Positions 35,366-49,884 are shown, numbered from the whole stretch's first letter. The stretch is 63,679 bases of DNA, filler included, from Choristocarpus tenellus KU-1152 (GCA_964200185.2; 12 parts of 12 records of this genome joined end to end with filler, not necessarily neighbours in it), one strand, 5' to 3'. Made by a program: numbers and translations. Notes: generated by a model not told the origin, from the letters alone.

Positions 35366-38071
35366 ATGTCAACCAGGGTGGGCTGGGGGCAGGGTGTAAG
35401 AACAGTGACCAGAAAGTCGACAAACCGGAAGAAGAGGTGTGAGCTGGGATCCAGTTGTCCTTACCAGGTACAGAGACTGTGACCTCTGCAGACCCTTTGG
35501 ATGCAACAGAACTATCAAGATCGATACTACTGTATCAATTTGTATGTTTTCTTGGTCAGAGGAATTCTTGTTGCTTGGATCTGTATTCCACCTTTATTGT
35601 TTTTACTGTTCAAGGGGGAGCCTTTTGGCGTGCCCTTGTCCCTTTTCCTTGCTATAGTGGCTGAGGTACCTGAGGGTGGAACTGACCGCTTCCCTGAAAA
35701 GACCTGAAAGAAACCGAAATTCAGTAATGGGTCGTGCCACGGTAGGGTAAAGATCTTTTCGGTGATAAAATAGGTGGACCTTGACAGTGCAGAGTACCTT
35801 TCTGAACCTTTTACTTTCATTCTTTAGTGGTTGAACCCCCGCATGTCACAAACAGCATAGAGAAGATAACCCATGGCGTATTTTTTGGTGTCTGTGAACC
35901 CATGAAACGAGTGATAATCAAATGTTCCCGATGCTGATGCGCATCTCCTCGAGGAAGTATTCCTTCCATGATTTGTCAGAATGAGGGCGTTCGACTAATG
36001 ATAGGTGTCTTGATCCAAACATGAAATGGATAGGTTTTCTTGGGAAGGGATAAGCTCACATACCGCCCGCCCCCCCATGGCTCACCAAAAATGCAGTATC
36101 CAATCATGAAATTACATTTGTAGATAAATAAATTCATTAAATATATAGAATATGTGTACTGACTATGATGCGTTGGCACAATGATCTGACAAAGATATTG
36201 CATTGCATTAGTGGATCATACTAACATGACAGCAAGGTACGAGTCCATTCTATCTACTAGTTGGTTGGATCATCCTGTCTCCCCAACCTCCCATACTTCT
36301 CTGCTCAGCATGAGGGACAGCACCAGAATGAGTTCTCTCATAGTGACAAGGATGTCACAGGAGGGGGAGGGAAAAGTTTAGTGCAGCCCAAGCCCAACAG
36401 CACCCTTGCCAAATACACTGCAGGGGCAGTCAAGGGCACCGGTCATAAAGGACGGAAACTTGCCATAGCTACAGACAGGCGACGGGCTGGATGGGTAGGG
36501 AGCACAGCGAGAGTAGGGCAAGGTGGAGGGACAGGGCTAAGCATTTCACGTGCAACCTTTGGCGGTAGTGAGCAAAGTGGTGCTGATCATAATGAGGAGC
36601 GGAGGGCCGGCTGGATTACACGTATGCAGGAACAACAAAATATTGCAGCAAGGGGGGGGATGCAGGAACGATATCGAGGCAACTCATCAATGCAACAGCA
36701 AAGGAAGCGGGTGAGGATGAGTGAATTCTCTGTCCACATGTCATCCCTCATTACAATCCTACTTTTCTCTTTATTGGTATTATTATACAGTTCACCATTG
36801 ATTATTGGTGGTGTTGAACGTTTTCACCATTTTGTTTCTATCTGGAATTCCACCTTAGAGAGGAAAGGTAGTAGCATTGAATAACCTCATCTCCAGCCAA
36901 CAGAGACTGCACCAGTCATTGTACGTGTGCGTGGATAGGAGGCGACCCTACTGCTGCATGTCATAAGGGATTGTTATTTGTTCAGTACATGATTGATGTT
37001 GCTGTGTTGGTGTGGTAAATCGATTTTGTAAATTTGAAGAATCTGAACGAAAATTGATTTCAGTGAAAAGTGCAAACGTGGGAAAAAATGCCAACTAGAA
37101 TCACAAGGGGGTCTCAGCATAGAGGAAGGAGAATCCTTCTCACACATCCTACTTTTATATTGCATTTCGTCGTAGAAGAGAGTTTTCTGGCCGGGGGTAA
37201 TAATTTCTACCAACTATTGATTGCATGTTTTCTTTTATCCCCCACTGAACAAGTTTTGAAGAGTCTAGCATACATATCCCCTCACTTCTCCTGTCTATCC
37301 TCTTGTGTTGATATCCCATATTTCCCTCACTTCCCTTGACCCTCCCTGTCATGAACACACCACTTGCTCTGCCAAAAAGGTTGCAAGATTTTCTTGCTCC
37401 ACTTTCAGACTATTTGTGGTAGTGCAATTACTAAACCCTGACAAAAGAATAATTTTTGAGAGGAATATTCAAAGTCAAGTGTGCTATCATACAGTGTGCC
37501 ACCAACACAATGCTGTTCATAATATGATTAACCCCTAGGACACCCCCAATTTTAAAAGTACAATACCACTCGTTACTTCCCAAAATATATTTTTGAAGGC
37601 AAACATTCCCATCGTCCCCAGACATATTAGAGAACTGTATTTCACACTTACCTCCTCCTCCCCTGCACTATTCAAACTTGGCCGTGACTCCGTACTCTCC
37701 ACTATATGACTCTCCAGGCAGGAACTCAAACACAAGATGGACTTCACTCAAGGCGCCGTCAAAGACAAAACAAGCAGATGGGTCCATCAAATATTCTTGA
37801 CGAGCCTTCGCTTCTCTCCTCAAGCCACCCACCCGGAGCTCTTGCCACCAAAGACAGACCGGTATCCCATGGGACTTATCATTTTCCTATCTCCTCATCT
37901 TCCGAGTGTGCCTCATCTGACTCCTTGATAGGTGTCGATTCTGATCGAGGAACTTCCAAGGGAGATTGGGAAGCAGTAGGGACAAAGTGGAGTTGCAGTC
38001 GCTGCACCTTCCTTAACGGCAATCCTACAGGTCTGGCATGCACCCTCTGTGGTGCCATACGAGCATCATGA
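35366..38071 (+). CDS. ~285-aa protein with N-terminal PBZ-like (CCHH) zinc finger and C-terminal RanBP2/NZF-type zinc finger
   Basis: Phase-0 exons 35366(ATG; an acceptor also exists at 35357)-35467, 36309-36710 and 37718-38071(TGA) with canonical AG/GT ends. The exon 1-2 junction gives KKRCELGSSCPYQ|HEGQHQNEFSH (C-x5-C-x7-H-x5-H). The last exon ends WSCSRCTFLNGNPTGLACTLCG. An extra small exon near 36898-36921 is possible. Confidence 0.72.
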
Positions 38072-39986
38072 AGGACTTCATAACAGTCCCTGGGATCCAG
38101 TATGTTTGTATACTCCACTATATATTCATCCAAGTTACACACCCATACAACTTTGTCACAAGGTTTAGACATTGTACATGGCATAATGTGCAAGCAAGTT
38201 TTTACCAATATTTCTACAAGTTGGGTGTGGGAGGGGTAAACCTCTACCCAAGCAGCAGAGTACATTGGCAGCAGGGCGCATTAGAATACCACAGAGAGGA
38301 TAGCTAATGAGACGTGTTGCAATGCAGCACAAAAGAGATTATTTGATGTGAGATTTGTTCCCAGGCAAAGACACACCCAAGGCAATCATCCATCCAGCAA
38401 CATGAGAGTGAGGTGAGGTCATCGTATGTCTATCATGAAGGAAGATACGAAGGGGCTTTAGATAGAAACCCCCTGATGGGGCCTGCTTGAACAAGCCCCA
38501 TAATGCAAACCTCCAAGTGTACATAACCCAATTTAGACTCATACATTCATCATTTGGGCACCACATCAGACCCATTTATAGGTGGGTAATACCAAGTACA
38601 CTATCTTATAGACAGGTTTGTCTTTCTATTTTTGGTATGATAGTACTACCATGTCAGACATGCAGAGTAGTGAACAAGGAGTGAAATGAAGCTGGCACTG
38701 CCAGATAATTGGCCAAAAAGAGTGGTCGCCTCCATGAAAAAATTGTTGATTAGCAGGATGGTGAAGAGAGAAGGAAGCATGCTATATTTATCTACAATTA
38801 ATAAGGATCTTCATACAAGACAATGGGTGTATTTTGTGTGTACAAAGCTTTTATGCTTATATTGTTTAAATGCAGTACAGAAGGATTTTTATTATTGAAC
38901 AGACCTCTTGTACTTGTATTCCATCAACGAGTGTTGGTAGGCACTTGCCACAGTAAGCCTTTCAGACATCCACACAAAAAATAATGGTTCGATCTTCAAA
39001 CAATAATAGTGACATGCAGCACACAACATTGGCGCCCCCCACAAAGTGCTTAAACCTGCGTACCAACAATTTAGGCTCAAAGCAACGCATGAATAAACAT
39101 AACTCAGCTATTCCACAGCCATAACAGAAAATTTACGTTAACCCTCAATAAGCAGGTGATGTCTCTGCTATGGAGGGGTAGTGGGCAAGGCCCCCCCCCT
39201 TTTCAACACTACTGTTCACAAAAACATCTCTTTTAGGAGGCGGGAAGCACCTACTTACGCACTCCTCAGGAGACAAAAGGCAGGGTCGAAGGTCCAGCAT
39301 CAACTTCAATCACACAAAAACACAACTCAAAAGGGCTACAAAAAAGCCCTATCTCTTGCCAAGGACAGCAAAGGAGATACAAACGCACAGGATTTGTCAT
39401 CTCCCTATTGAGTTGCAGAAAGGGGCCAATAAATGGCTGCTGCCTCCCCTACACACAGAAACAGCTTCAACAAGTGTCATAGTTGCAACATATATAATGT
39501 ATGTGTGTGTTTGTGTGCATGTGTGTGTCTGTTTACAAGGGCGAGATAGGTCATCAAAAAGACTAACCCTTTTCCCCACACCTCTTCTCCTCCATTCCCC
39601 CACATTCTGAAAGGCCTCTTGCACTAGTCAATCCTGATCCCCTGCGAAGTCAAATTAAAGAACCTACATTCATAAGAAAATTGTCACCCACCAGACAGAA
39701 GAATCAAAAGCCTATACGTGTACAACAGGACATCAGTGGTACCAAAAGGAGCAAGCAAAAATCGTGTGCCCTTTGCAAAAAAATATATATCATCAACAGT
39801 TGCTCCCCTGTCTGCTACAGCCAGTGCATCCCTTTCCACCAGGTGCCACTACCTGCCCAATTCGTAACCTAGAAAAACCCAATTCAACACTATACCCACA
39901 CTGTGACACCTCTCCGAGCTGTCTCCATCTTATCCTTCCCCCTCCACCTCACAGACCACATTAAACCAGGAATCTCAACAAAGAGA

Positions 39987-42900
39987 TCATGCGCAGCAAG
40001 ACTCCATGCGCTCTGTAAGTGATGCCCCAGAATCACCCCCATCCTTGCCATTAAGCCTTAGGGTCTCTCCAGCAGTTGCAGCCTCATTTGCCGCCTGACT
40101 CGCTTCAAGGCGAGCCTTGACCTACTCAGGCATGGATCCATGCATGTGTGTGCCCACGTACAGGGGAGGGGAGAAATGAACAGTTTGGTGACAACGCAAA
40201 CAATATAGCTAAGAAGGGAGAAAAGACTGAAGTGGAGGTCCCAAAATGGTACATATCAGAGATAAAACATACTCATGAGCACTTTGAGGGTTCAGCACAG
40301 CCAAGAGGCAAATCAATAATGTAGGCTATCTGCCCTCGAGCAAGTCTCACCAAGCACATCTCTACTGAAACAAGAATTTTCAAGACAACATTAAGATATG
40401 TGAACCATCCCCACCATCAAAACAAATCCACAAGTTTTTTTCTCATCTGGGATTTCCCCAATGTCCACAGACCAAAAAATAAGGGGTAGAGGAGAGAGGT
40501 ATGGAGTTATGAAATGAATCACTGATGGTGTAAGTTATACCCAAAATACAATCAATAGTTCCATGCACTACCAGAACATACCACCAACCAAAAACAGTCC
40601 CTCTCGATTTCACTGCTACCTATCTTCTTGCTGTATCCAACAACCAAATTCTTGATAGACCAACACTTCTTCGTGCATCAACAGACACACTACTCATTTA
40701 TTAAAAATTGCTACTGCACAACAGCCACTTCCTTGAAGAAGGGTCATAGATACCCTAAAAAGTTATTGCTTCATGTATGGGTACAAAAAGCCTACTTAAA
40801 CAGTGAGCAGCAAGCAACCAGACCACATTTTCCTTTATTGCTTGTTACAGTTCACAGCTCTTCAACAGTGCTCTGACAAGAGTCTCAAATAGAACACCAA
40901 GGAATTATTAGTATCAGCATATCTAGTCATCAAACCAGGCAAATGTGAAGGGACCAATCCATATCCCGGACAGCTTCCAACATTTTCTGAAAGGTAGACC
41001 AGGTCAGGACAAAATGTTTTCTAAGTTGTCCCAACCAGGGCCATGAGAGCTTGTATTCAAACCAACCCAGTAGCCAGCTGGCAGCCACCTGAAAATATAG
41101 ATGAACGACCCAGTCTGGTCTCAATTGAATGTATCAAATTGATGGGGAAGAGGGTAGCTTAAGGGCTGTGTATATAAAATACATACATTCCCTAATATAT
41201 TTGGGGATAATGTACGCAATACTGTGATCAAGCTGACCCAAATAATCTCGGCTGGTCCCATCCAGTAAAAGCACTATTTAATCTGCCGCCATCAACAATT
41301 TAAACAGACAGGCTGAGGCCGGCCCAATACCAACATATTCTGACAGGGTCAGTCCATGGCCATCGTCCATGACCATCGTCCATGGCCATCAAAAATTTCA
41401 ACATGGCCGGGTCACAGGCCAGCCCAGCGTCAATATAATCTTAACATGACTAGTCAATGGTCATCATCTGGTTCAACATGTCTGGGTCATGGACTTGCTC
41501 ACAGTCATGCTAATTGCCCAGACTGATGAACAGCCCTGGTTACTACCCTCTCCAGTGCTCAAGATAGTACCCAACCATAGGGGTAGAGCAGGCCTTTATT
41601 TACTCCCCACGAACATTCAACATACATAGTAAAACCACATGTTCAAAACAGTATGAAAATATCAGCAGTTGTTTGATCTGTTGCTAGTTTCTGAATCACC
41701 AATACAACACGGTGGCTTTGATTGAGCTATCAGCAACATTTTATACAATGACATTTTGTAGCGAGTTCAACTATGAGTACATCTACAGAGTCAATATAGT
41801 CAAAACACCATGATACGCCTCTCCAAGCCTAACCAATCAACACATTGCTGATGTCAGAGTAGCAATCCCACCCACCATCAAGCCCTTCCCTCTAAATGGC
41901 AGGGGAGCACCACCATGCCCTAATCTACCACACTAACACTTGCAGGAACCACATATGCCCGCCTGACAACCAATCGTGTCTTGAGTACATACGATACATC
42001 GTAACAGTGGTTTTCCAACAAAGAAGTCCCTACTCAAACCTGCAAGCTGGGGCATGTGCCCACAATGGCAAACAAATCCCACCACAACACTACACACAGT
42101 GCTGCATTGTTGACCATCCCACAAAAAATATCAGTGTCACAATACCATTGTAGTTTCATACGAGCTGCATCACCAACTGAAAAATGCACTCCTAACTCAA
42201 ACATGCTGCAAAAACTGAAAACAGTATTATCACTTCAACACACAGCAACTACATACAAGACCTTCCTTCAATTAGATGCATTGTAGGGTTATGGGTACTA
42301 AAATTACAACAGCATCACACCTTACAAACATACCCTGAGTCTGAGCACAATATCTCAATCACTACAACAGGGATCTTTCCTACTATAACTTTCAAGGTAC
42401 AACCCTATAAAAACAGGTAAAAGTATCTAGGACATACTGTTTGTACCACAGAAGCAGGTAAGATACAAGCAAATTTAGCTCTGGTAAGAGCTTACTTCAT
42501 GTGGCTTCTGCCTTCCAGAATCAATACTGCACCTGTAACATCCCAACTGTTGTCATGACATACAACACTGAATTGCATCACCCAAGAGGAAGATATCAGC
42601 CCTAACACTAGCTATGCACCTGGGTAAAGCACTCACACATATAGACCTACATATGGTCCCAGACCATCTGCACAACACACCACTACACACGCCTCAATTC
42701 ATGTGCTTCCTTCCCACATGCCTCGATTCATATCAAGTACATCTCAACCTATTGAGCCAGCCCTATCTTTACTCCCCATACATTTCAATTCAAAACACCA
42801 TAAAACATCCAACACCAACATCAATTTCAGAGTGCTTGCTCATATAAGATGATGTTGGTACTCCTAAGCAAGCTGGCTGCTGTCCACTGCACCAGCCAGT

Positions 42901-45025
42901 CAAAACCATCCTTCGAAATCCTTCTCAGCAAAGATGATAACCCTCTTGACAGAGGATGAATTTCTTCATTTGAACGTCTCAATGAGTGATCACACACTTT
43001 ACCAGTTCGCAACATGTCCCTACAAGATGAAGTGCAACAAGGGTATGCCACACCATTCTCTCAAATATAAGGCAACCCTCTGTATTATAGGAAGATGTAT
43101 TTATCCTGTATTCCCATTCACAATGTCTATTCATCTCCCTCTTCTGTGGAGTTACCACTCAACGTCGGGAACCGTACAACTTAGCCTTCTCATGCACCCA
43201 ACATTTCTAATTAATTATGTCCACATCACTGAAAGGGTCTATTTCCTTCTGAGACCTTTGGAGGAATGCTTATTCAATTTCATGGATTAGATCAATGTCC
43301 TTTAATCTAAAACTAATCCTACTTAACTTGCTTAAAACACACTGGTCAAAACACGTAAGACTCACATATCTCCACTGCAGACAGACAGACTTTCAAATTA
43401 AGGACGCAGTCACTAGCTCTCACCTACAGCACCCAACTGGTGTATATTTTGAAAGCGCCGTAGAGTAACAAAGGTATTCAAAATTGATTTGCACAATTTC
43501 AAGATAAAGTTTCTATCATAACAAGCAAAGTATGAGTGAAAGGAGCTCACTTAAAACAGTGGGGGTCACTGCAAAATCAAAGAAATAAGTCATGTGTAGT
43601 GTTGCAAATTGCAACAACCTAGTCAACTCAATTTGTTTCATCAAAGAACCAAGTAAAAAAATATCTATTACTCCATTATTTTATAGCACACATGCGCACT
43701 ATGCAATTCAAATTCAAAATCAAATTCAAATTCAAATTCCTCATGGCACTCGGTTCACTCTTCACACTCTTCTCCTCACACACTTAGATTCCAAGTAAGT
43801 TCAATCAAACCATTCCAAACCTAATAAAAAAAACAATAATCAAGTCTTTTGAATCACAACACTATGACAGCAATTTACCACCAAGGGATAACAGCAGGCA
43901 CTGAAGGAAAAGATTCAAGTTCACGGAGATCATGTGACAGCATATTGCTCCCTCTCTGTGGATAAGCAGGAGTAAAGAACCCCTATTGTTTTTGCTTGCA
44001 GTTGATTGCACCACCTAAAACACGCCTTCTTCGTATGGCAAAGTCCACTTACCTTAAAAGCTAACTTGTGCAGTGAACAGTCAACCATACAGCCTTATTG
44101 TCAACTCTACATCACACACTGAAAAGCCCTCCCTCAACATAAATATTGGACCAAATCACAGACCTTATCTTTGTATGGTTATAACCCTCCTCACAAAATA
44201 TGTGCCACTATTTATAAGAGTGTTATACTTCAATGCATTTGTAAAACAAAATTGTGCAATCTGTACGTCTTCCCCTCACACACTTTCTACAGGTGAGATA
44301 GTCATGGAAGGTATCAAAGCTACCCTGTATGCTTTTGTGTCACTCTTGTTCTTGGCATGATCCTGCCCATCAATGTCATTGCGTAACACATAAATGGAGG
44401 AAGTAATCTCCTGGCATCACATTTTGCAGGCAGAATCTGTCTGTGACACCTTTTCGCCAATTTATGCGAGCCTATAGCTCTAAAATAAGCAGGATGATTC
44501 CTCCTCGTGCCAAAGTTTAAGGGAATATCTCCCTTGCCCTCAAGCTCTAAATGTGGGTGACAGATGACATTGCATCACATCCAGAGTAACTCTACAACAT
44601 TCTAGATTTTTTGCACACATTTCATTTCACTTGCAGACAGAAACACCTCATTCATTACCTTAAGTTTATTTCCTCAACCTTGTTCTCAAGAAATTTCAAC
44701 TGATCAGAATTCTAGATTCATTTCCTGATCCAGTTTACACACAGTAGGTTTTTGTTGTGGTTACCAACACCTACACCACACCTGCCCCCTGCCTAAATGC
44801 CCCCCCCCCCGCATCCGCCCAATATTTCCTGTTGCAGTAACAACTCACCCGAGAAGCCAGGCTACCAAATGTCTCGTCAACATTGAGGTTGTCTTTGGCA
44901 CTTGTCTCCATGTATGGAACGCCAAGTTCTGCCGCCAGCCTTTCACCCTCCTCCCGAGGAACCTCACGATTGGCAAGATCACACTTATTCCCACAGATCA
45001 CAACATCAGAACCCCTCTTTCCTTG
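39987..45025 (-). CDS. Rab-family small GTPase (Rab8/Rab1-like), last two coding exons
   Basis: Exon 45025-44849 encodes QGKRGSDVVICGNKCDL...LGVPYMETSAKDNLNVDETF (G4 NKxD and G5 ETSAK motifs) and ends at donor GTGAGT. Exon 40121-39987 is in phase and encodes VKARLEASQAANEAATAGETLRLNGKDGGDSGASLTERMESCCA*, with a C-terminal CC prenylation motif. The G1-G3 exons were not found before the gap at 48159. Confidence 0.88.
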
Positions 45026-46208
45026 CTGGTGAGAGCAGAACAAAAAATACAACCCATTTGAACAATTGGTTCCAATCCAAATCAAGGATTGGATGAGGCC
45101 AGTGTCAGGTGAGCGAGGCGTACAAATAGTGAGGGGTTCAACTTGAGGGCATTCAACTTGAGGGCAGGGTCAGAACGTGTCCACAAAATGATGGCATTGA
45201 CAAATAGGCAATGTGTGTCACAAGGACGTTCAGCAAAAAGATGCAGTACAGGCTGTGAGCCTCATGGGAAAAAAAAAGTTGATTTACGACTGGGCAGAAT
45301 CATCAACACCAAGACATCAACGGTCTAAAACCAAGCATGTCCAAAAAAACAGCGAGCAAAATGATTGATGTGGATACTGTAGAATGATACATTACTGTAT
45401 CCACACAAAGTGGGAAAGCATTAGGAAATTCAACTCACCAGCAACGCTTTAGCAAACCTAAAAAAGATATCATGACTCTGTTGCATGGTCAACACAAAAT
45501 ACAAATACGGATAAATGTCATTGGGCAAAGCAGAAGTTGTTCCTTGGAAACATTATCATCAAATTGGACAACCAAATCTCAGCGCAATTTTATCTGGCCG
45601 TAGAGGAATATCTCATCTGGTTTTGTCCTGTGACTGTACTCTGAGTTCCTTTATTGGTCAGAGGATACCCTCATCAAGTAAGGCCAATGTTGCCCACCTG
45701 TATTTTATACCTAAAACGAATACAAGCGCTGTACACTGTGGTGGAGGAAACAAGTGACAACATATTTCTGAAAAGAAGTGTACCCTCTAACCTGTCACCC
45801 CTCCAATAAATCAAATTCTTTCTACTGGTATAATGAAGCAAAACACCGTTTACATTTTGTGCATACACTCTCTTGAGTTATGATTGGAAAAGCAAAAGTC
45901 ACACCAGAAAAATTGGTAATGCTGACTCAGAGGAAATCAGGGTATCTCTGTCAATTCCAGTTCCGCCCTGTGAAGATGAGTTTATGGGCAATACTTCCAA
46001 CCAAGAACTATCCTGAGCCCTGTGTTTTTGAAAGTTGGGTGTTTCCTAGCTGCCCTGGTGGCTGGTATCCCCGTTGCATATATGTGCACAAGCTCATTAC
46101 AGTAATCATGTCATCTGCATCCATCCAATCCCAAGGACATCATCCTTGCCCTAAGAACTAAAGTCAATAGCTCCTTATGATCAAGTGTGCAAACCTCTGT
46201 GCAGATGA

Positions 46209-46895
46209 TATGCTTGGCCCAGGGGCAAAACAAGTGCTCCATAGTGTGAAGAGTGTACACCTTGGCCAACACAACACATTTGCCCTAAGAGACAAACCAA
46301 GTGCTCCTGGTGGCAAAGCATTCAAATCCAACCTCGAAAGTGCCCGCAGAGTACTTGCCTCAAGAGACAAGTCAAGTGGTCCTTGTGGTAAACAGTACAT
46401 GTCTTGGCAAGGACATCATGCTCAGCCCAAGTTACAACCCAAATTCTCCTTGTTGTGAAGAGCGCAAACCGGAGTGTGAAGAGAGTGCACTTGGCCCAAC
46501 AGACCAACTAAGTGCCCCTCATGATGAAAGTACAAACCTTGGCAAGGAGCAGCATACTTAGCCCAAGAGACAAACAAATCATTCGTCATTCCTTCAGGTG
46601 AAGTGAAGAGTTCAAATATCAGCGAGCACAGCATGCTTGCCCGTGGAGGTGAACAAAGTGCTCCTAGTGGCGAATCGAGAAGCCCCTATCCACGGTATAT
46701 GCAACAATTTTGCCCCAAGAAATGGCCAAGCTCTCCTTACGGTGAAGAGGATAACTCCCCCCCAAACAGTGCATGCAGCATGCCTTCCACAAGAAGAAAA
46801 TAAAGTCTCATAGTGGTGATCCGCATGAAACCCCCCCTTCAGTGCACACAGCATGGCTGCCCCAAGAAAAAAATGATTTGTTCCTTGGAAGGGCA
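46209..46895. repeat. Degenerate tandem array of ~10 units of ~67-80 bp, upstream of the Rab exon (probably intronic)
   Basis: A recurring core approximating CAGCATGCTTG(G/C)CCAAGAGACAAACCAAGTGCTCCT..TGGTGAA is followed by a more variable segment. Confidence 0.7.
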
Positions 46896-49884
46896 TGAAC
46901 TCCTCCTTAACAGCATAATTTATGGATGACGGACTGGGGTCATGTCAGACACTAAGAAACAAATTTTGGCTCACCATCTCAATGCTGCCAACATATGGTT
47001 CAACTAGTTATTTCTCAACAAGAAAAAGTTCCTCACGGTACCAAATTTTCCTCAAGGAGAAGAGTGCCAACACACCTTGATCAACACAATTAGTGGATGA
47101 CAGGTCAGGGCCATGCTAGCTACCAAGAAAAAAACTCCCATTCAGGGCCATACATCTCAAATAAGAGTGTTAGAATACAGATTGGTATGTCCCAGTAAGG
47201 GGACAGGGGGGTCTGATGAACTTTTACAACTATCCACACAGCTTTGCTTCAGCAACAAATACAGCTTCTTTCTACTCTAGGGGAAGAAGCAGCTCAAGAA
47301 AATTCACTGGTGCGTCATGCAAATTTCTTCACTGGCGTGTAATGCAAATTTCTTGAATGAATCAACACAACAACATGGCACTTGAAAGAGGTGTTGCTAG
47401 GGCAAGCAGGGAACAGACCTCAAACTAGCATACTCTGAAATCAACATCAAATAAAAATTACGATACCCATCCTAGCAATTTCCAAAACTCAACCAACAAG
47501 TCAACCTACACGCAAAAACGAGTACTGCAAATTTGTAAAACTCTGCAAATGCTCACTCTTTCAGGTTGAAGTCTACAGTAGCATATAGTCACGATCATAC
47601 ATCACAATATGTTGAGTCAACTGTTACAAACTTAACACCTTTCTGATAATCTAAATATGAAGAACTTCTCAAAGAGAGGAGATAATATTATCATTTTGTT
47701 GACATTTCTAAACCAAAAAATAATCTGGTTTTCTTTAGCTTGGCATGTCAGGCAATTGACTCTAAATCGCTCTATAAACAAGCAAACTAACTTCATATAA
47801 CTGTGGTTGGCAACTGATTACAAAACACTGAAGGTGTCCTTCAAATCTAAAACATGCCTCATTATGTAAAATGATAAAAAAAATAGAAAAACCTACATGA
47901 AAAGTAGGATTTTTTTTCAGTTCAATTCAGTTCAGGTCAGGCATTTAAAACTAACAGAGTGACCAGCACTTTTTCAGATTCTCCTGATACCTTTAATACA
48001 ACAAGGTTCAACTCAGGTTACACTTTCACAACTATTGATGTAAGTTTATATGTCTCACATAACACCATCCAGGACATACCTACCTATATCCTACACATCC
48101 ACCAAATCTAATGAGCAGGAAATGCCGACATCAGAAATAATAGCAGGGTAGGGGGGGGNNNNNNNNNNNNNNNNNNNNNNNNNNNNNNNNNNNNNNNNNN
48201 NNTTAATTAATTAANNNNNNNNNNNNNNNNNNNNNNNNNNNNNNNNNNNNNNNNNNNNGGGGCGGGGCGGCGGGGGGGAGTGATGCATTAATGACACTGT
48301 GGTTTGAGATACAGGCAGTTCGGAGATATGGCCCTCCTGCAGTTCATGCGGAAAATCTATGCTCGCATATTCAACAGATGCACTCGAGAAGGCGATGTAA
48401 GCGTTGACATGGCTGGAGTAGGTGTAGCGACTCTTCTCTTTCCATTGTATTGCTTTGATCTTCATTTTGATCATGCTGTATAGTTAGACTTGGTAAGCCT
48501 GTCCAAGCTGAGCTAGTCGGAACGTGTATCGCCTTCCCAAGTGTGTGGGGTGGAGTGCGATCAAGAGAGGGGGGGGGCTGTGTAAACTGTATGCAAAGCA
48601 ATGCTCAGAAATGACTTGATGTTGGATGGCATGATGGCAGTCTTTTTCGTGGAGGTTTCTCTCGCCAGTAGTGGTGTTGGGGGCAACTTCCCTCATGTGA
48701 GCTTATCGACAGATGGCAGGACTGGCGTTAAGTGATTTTTTGGTTCAAAATTATCAGCAGGTGGTGAGTGCACAGTGGTTCGATTAGTGGATGTTGGGGT
48801 GGTACTGGGAGTGGGGGGGAGGGGTTGGATATGTAGGTTATGCTTCAGCCGTATGGAAATAGTACTACAGAGTCGGGACAATATGCAAGTTTTTATTTTA
48901 TATTTTGTTTTGCCGCTGCTTCCTTTGTTCATCAGTTCAAACAGTTTTGTGGAGTAGAGTGCACTAGGAAGGCGTTTCTTGCGGGTTCACTGTTGGTAGT
49001 GTAGAATGGGTAGACTATCTTGGCTTTCAAAGAGTTTTTATGTTAACCTCACAATGGGTTTTTGCAAGACTCCCACAAGAGTACACTGAAAATCGGTGAC
49101 GACCTTCTGCGTTATATGACAGCCTAACCTGCAAACTGTTGTTGGAACTGATGCTGAGTGGAGAAGACCTAGTTGTAGGATTGGGGAGAGCTTTGAGTCA
49201 CTCACCTTTGCCATGTCATCTTCCCTGCAACAATCCGTGAGGAATACAGCACAAAACAATCATCACAAAGAGACGAGAACTGTACTGCAGAAAGTTCGTA
49301 CAGGACTATTGAAAAATATTATTGACCTTGGTGTTCATCTTCACCTGTCGGAGACCCTGCTCACTTGGGATTTCCGTTGACACAACAGTTGGGGGAAGGA
49401 AGCTGAACTGTTTTATGGCTATAGGCCTTCTTGGCTGATGTTTTTCAATCATACATTGTACGTAGGTGTTGATTGGGACATGAAAAGAGTTTTGTACAAG
49501 AGTAAAAGCGTGAGAGGTCGATTGTGCTTGATATTATCGGCAGGTTTTTGGTTGTTAGGGGAGGGGGGTATAAACAGTCTACATCTCCTACCCTGCAAGC
49601 AGCAATGTATAGGAGGGTATTGGTAGGGACAAATTGTAGGATCTGTAGTGTTTTGAGGTAGTTGCGTCAGGTCTAGTTATCTCTTTTGGGGGATGTTTCA
49701 ACAGTAATGATTACAGACTACGAGAAAGAGGTCTTAGAACAGCCTCTTGTCTGCAGTGAGTGTCTAGGTGGTGGAGGTCTGCCTACTGCAAGGGTTCATG
49801 TACCTTGGGGAGTATGTACAAGACTCGGCAGGAGTCCATACCCTGGTTCGTGCAAACGAGTTATATGCTAAATTATGAGGTGAT

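Noticed and set aside
46209-46895. CRISPR array
   Set aside because: Repeats are too divergent, the variable segments are partly homologous to each other, no cas genes are present, and the context is eukaryotic. Kept only as a degenerate tandem array.
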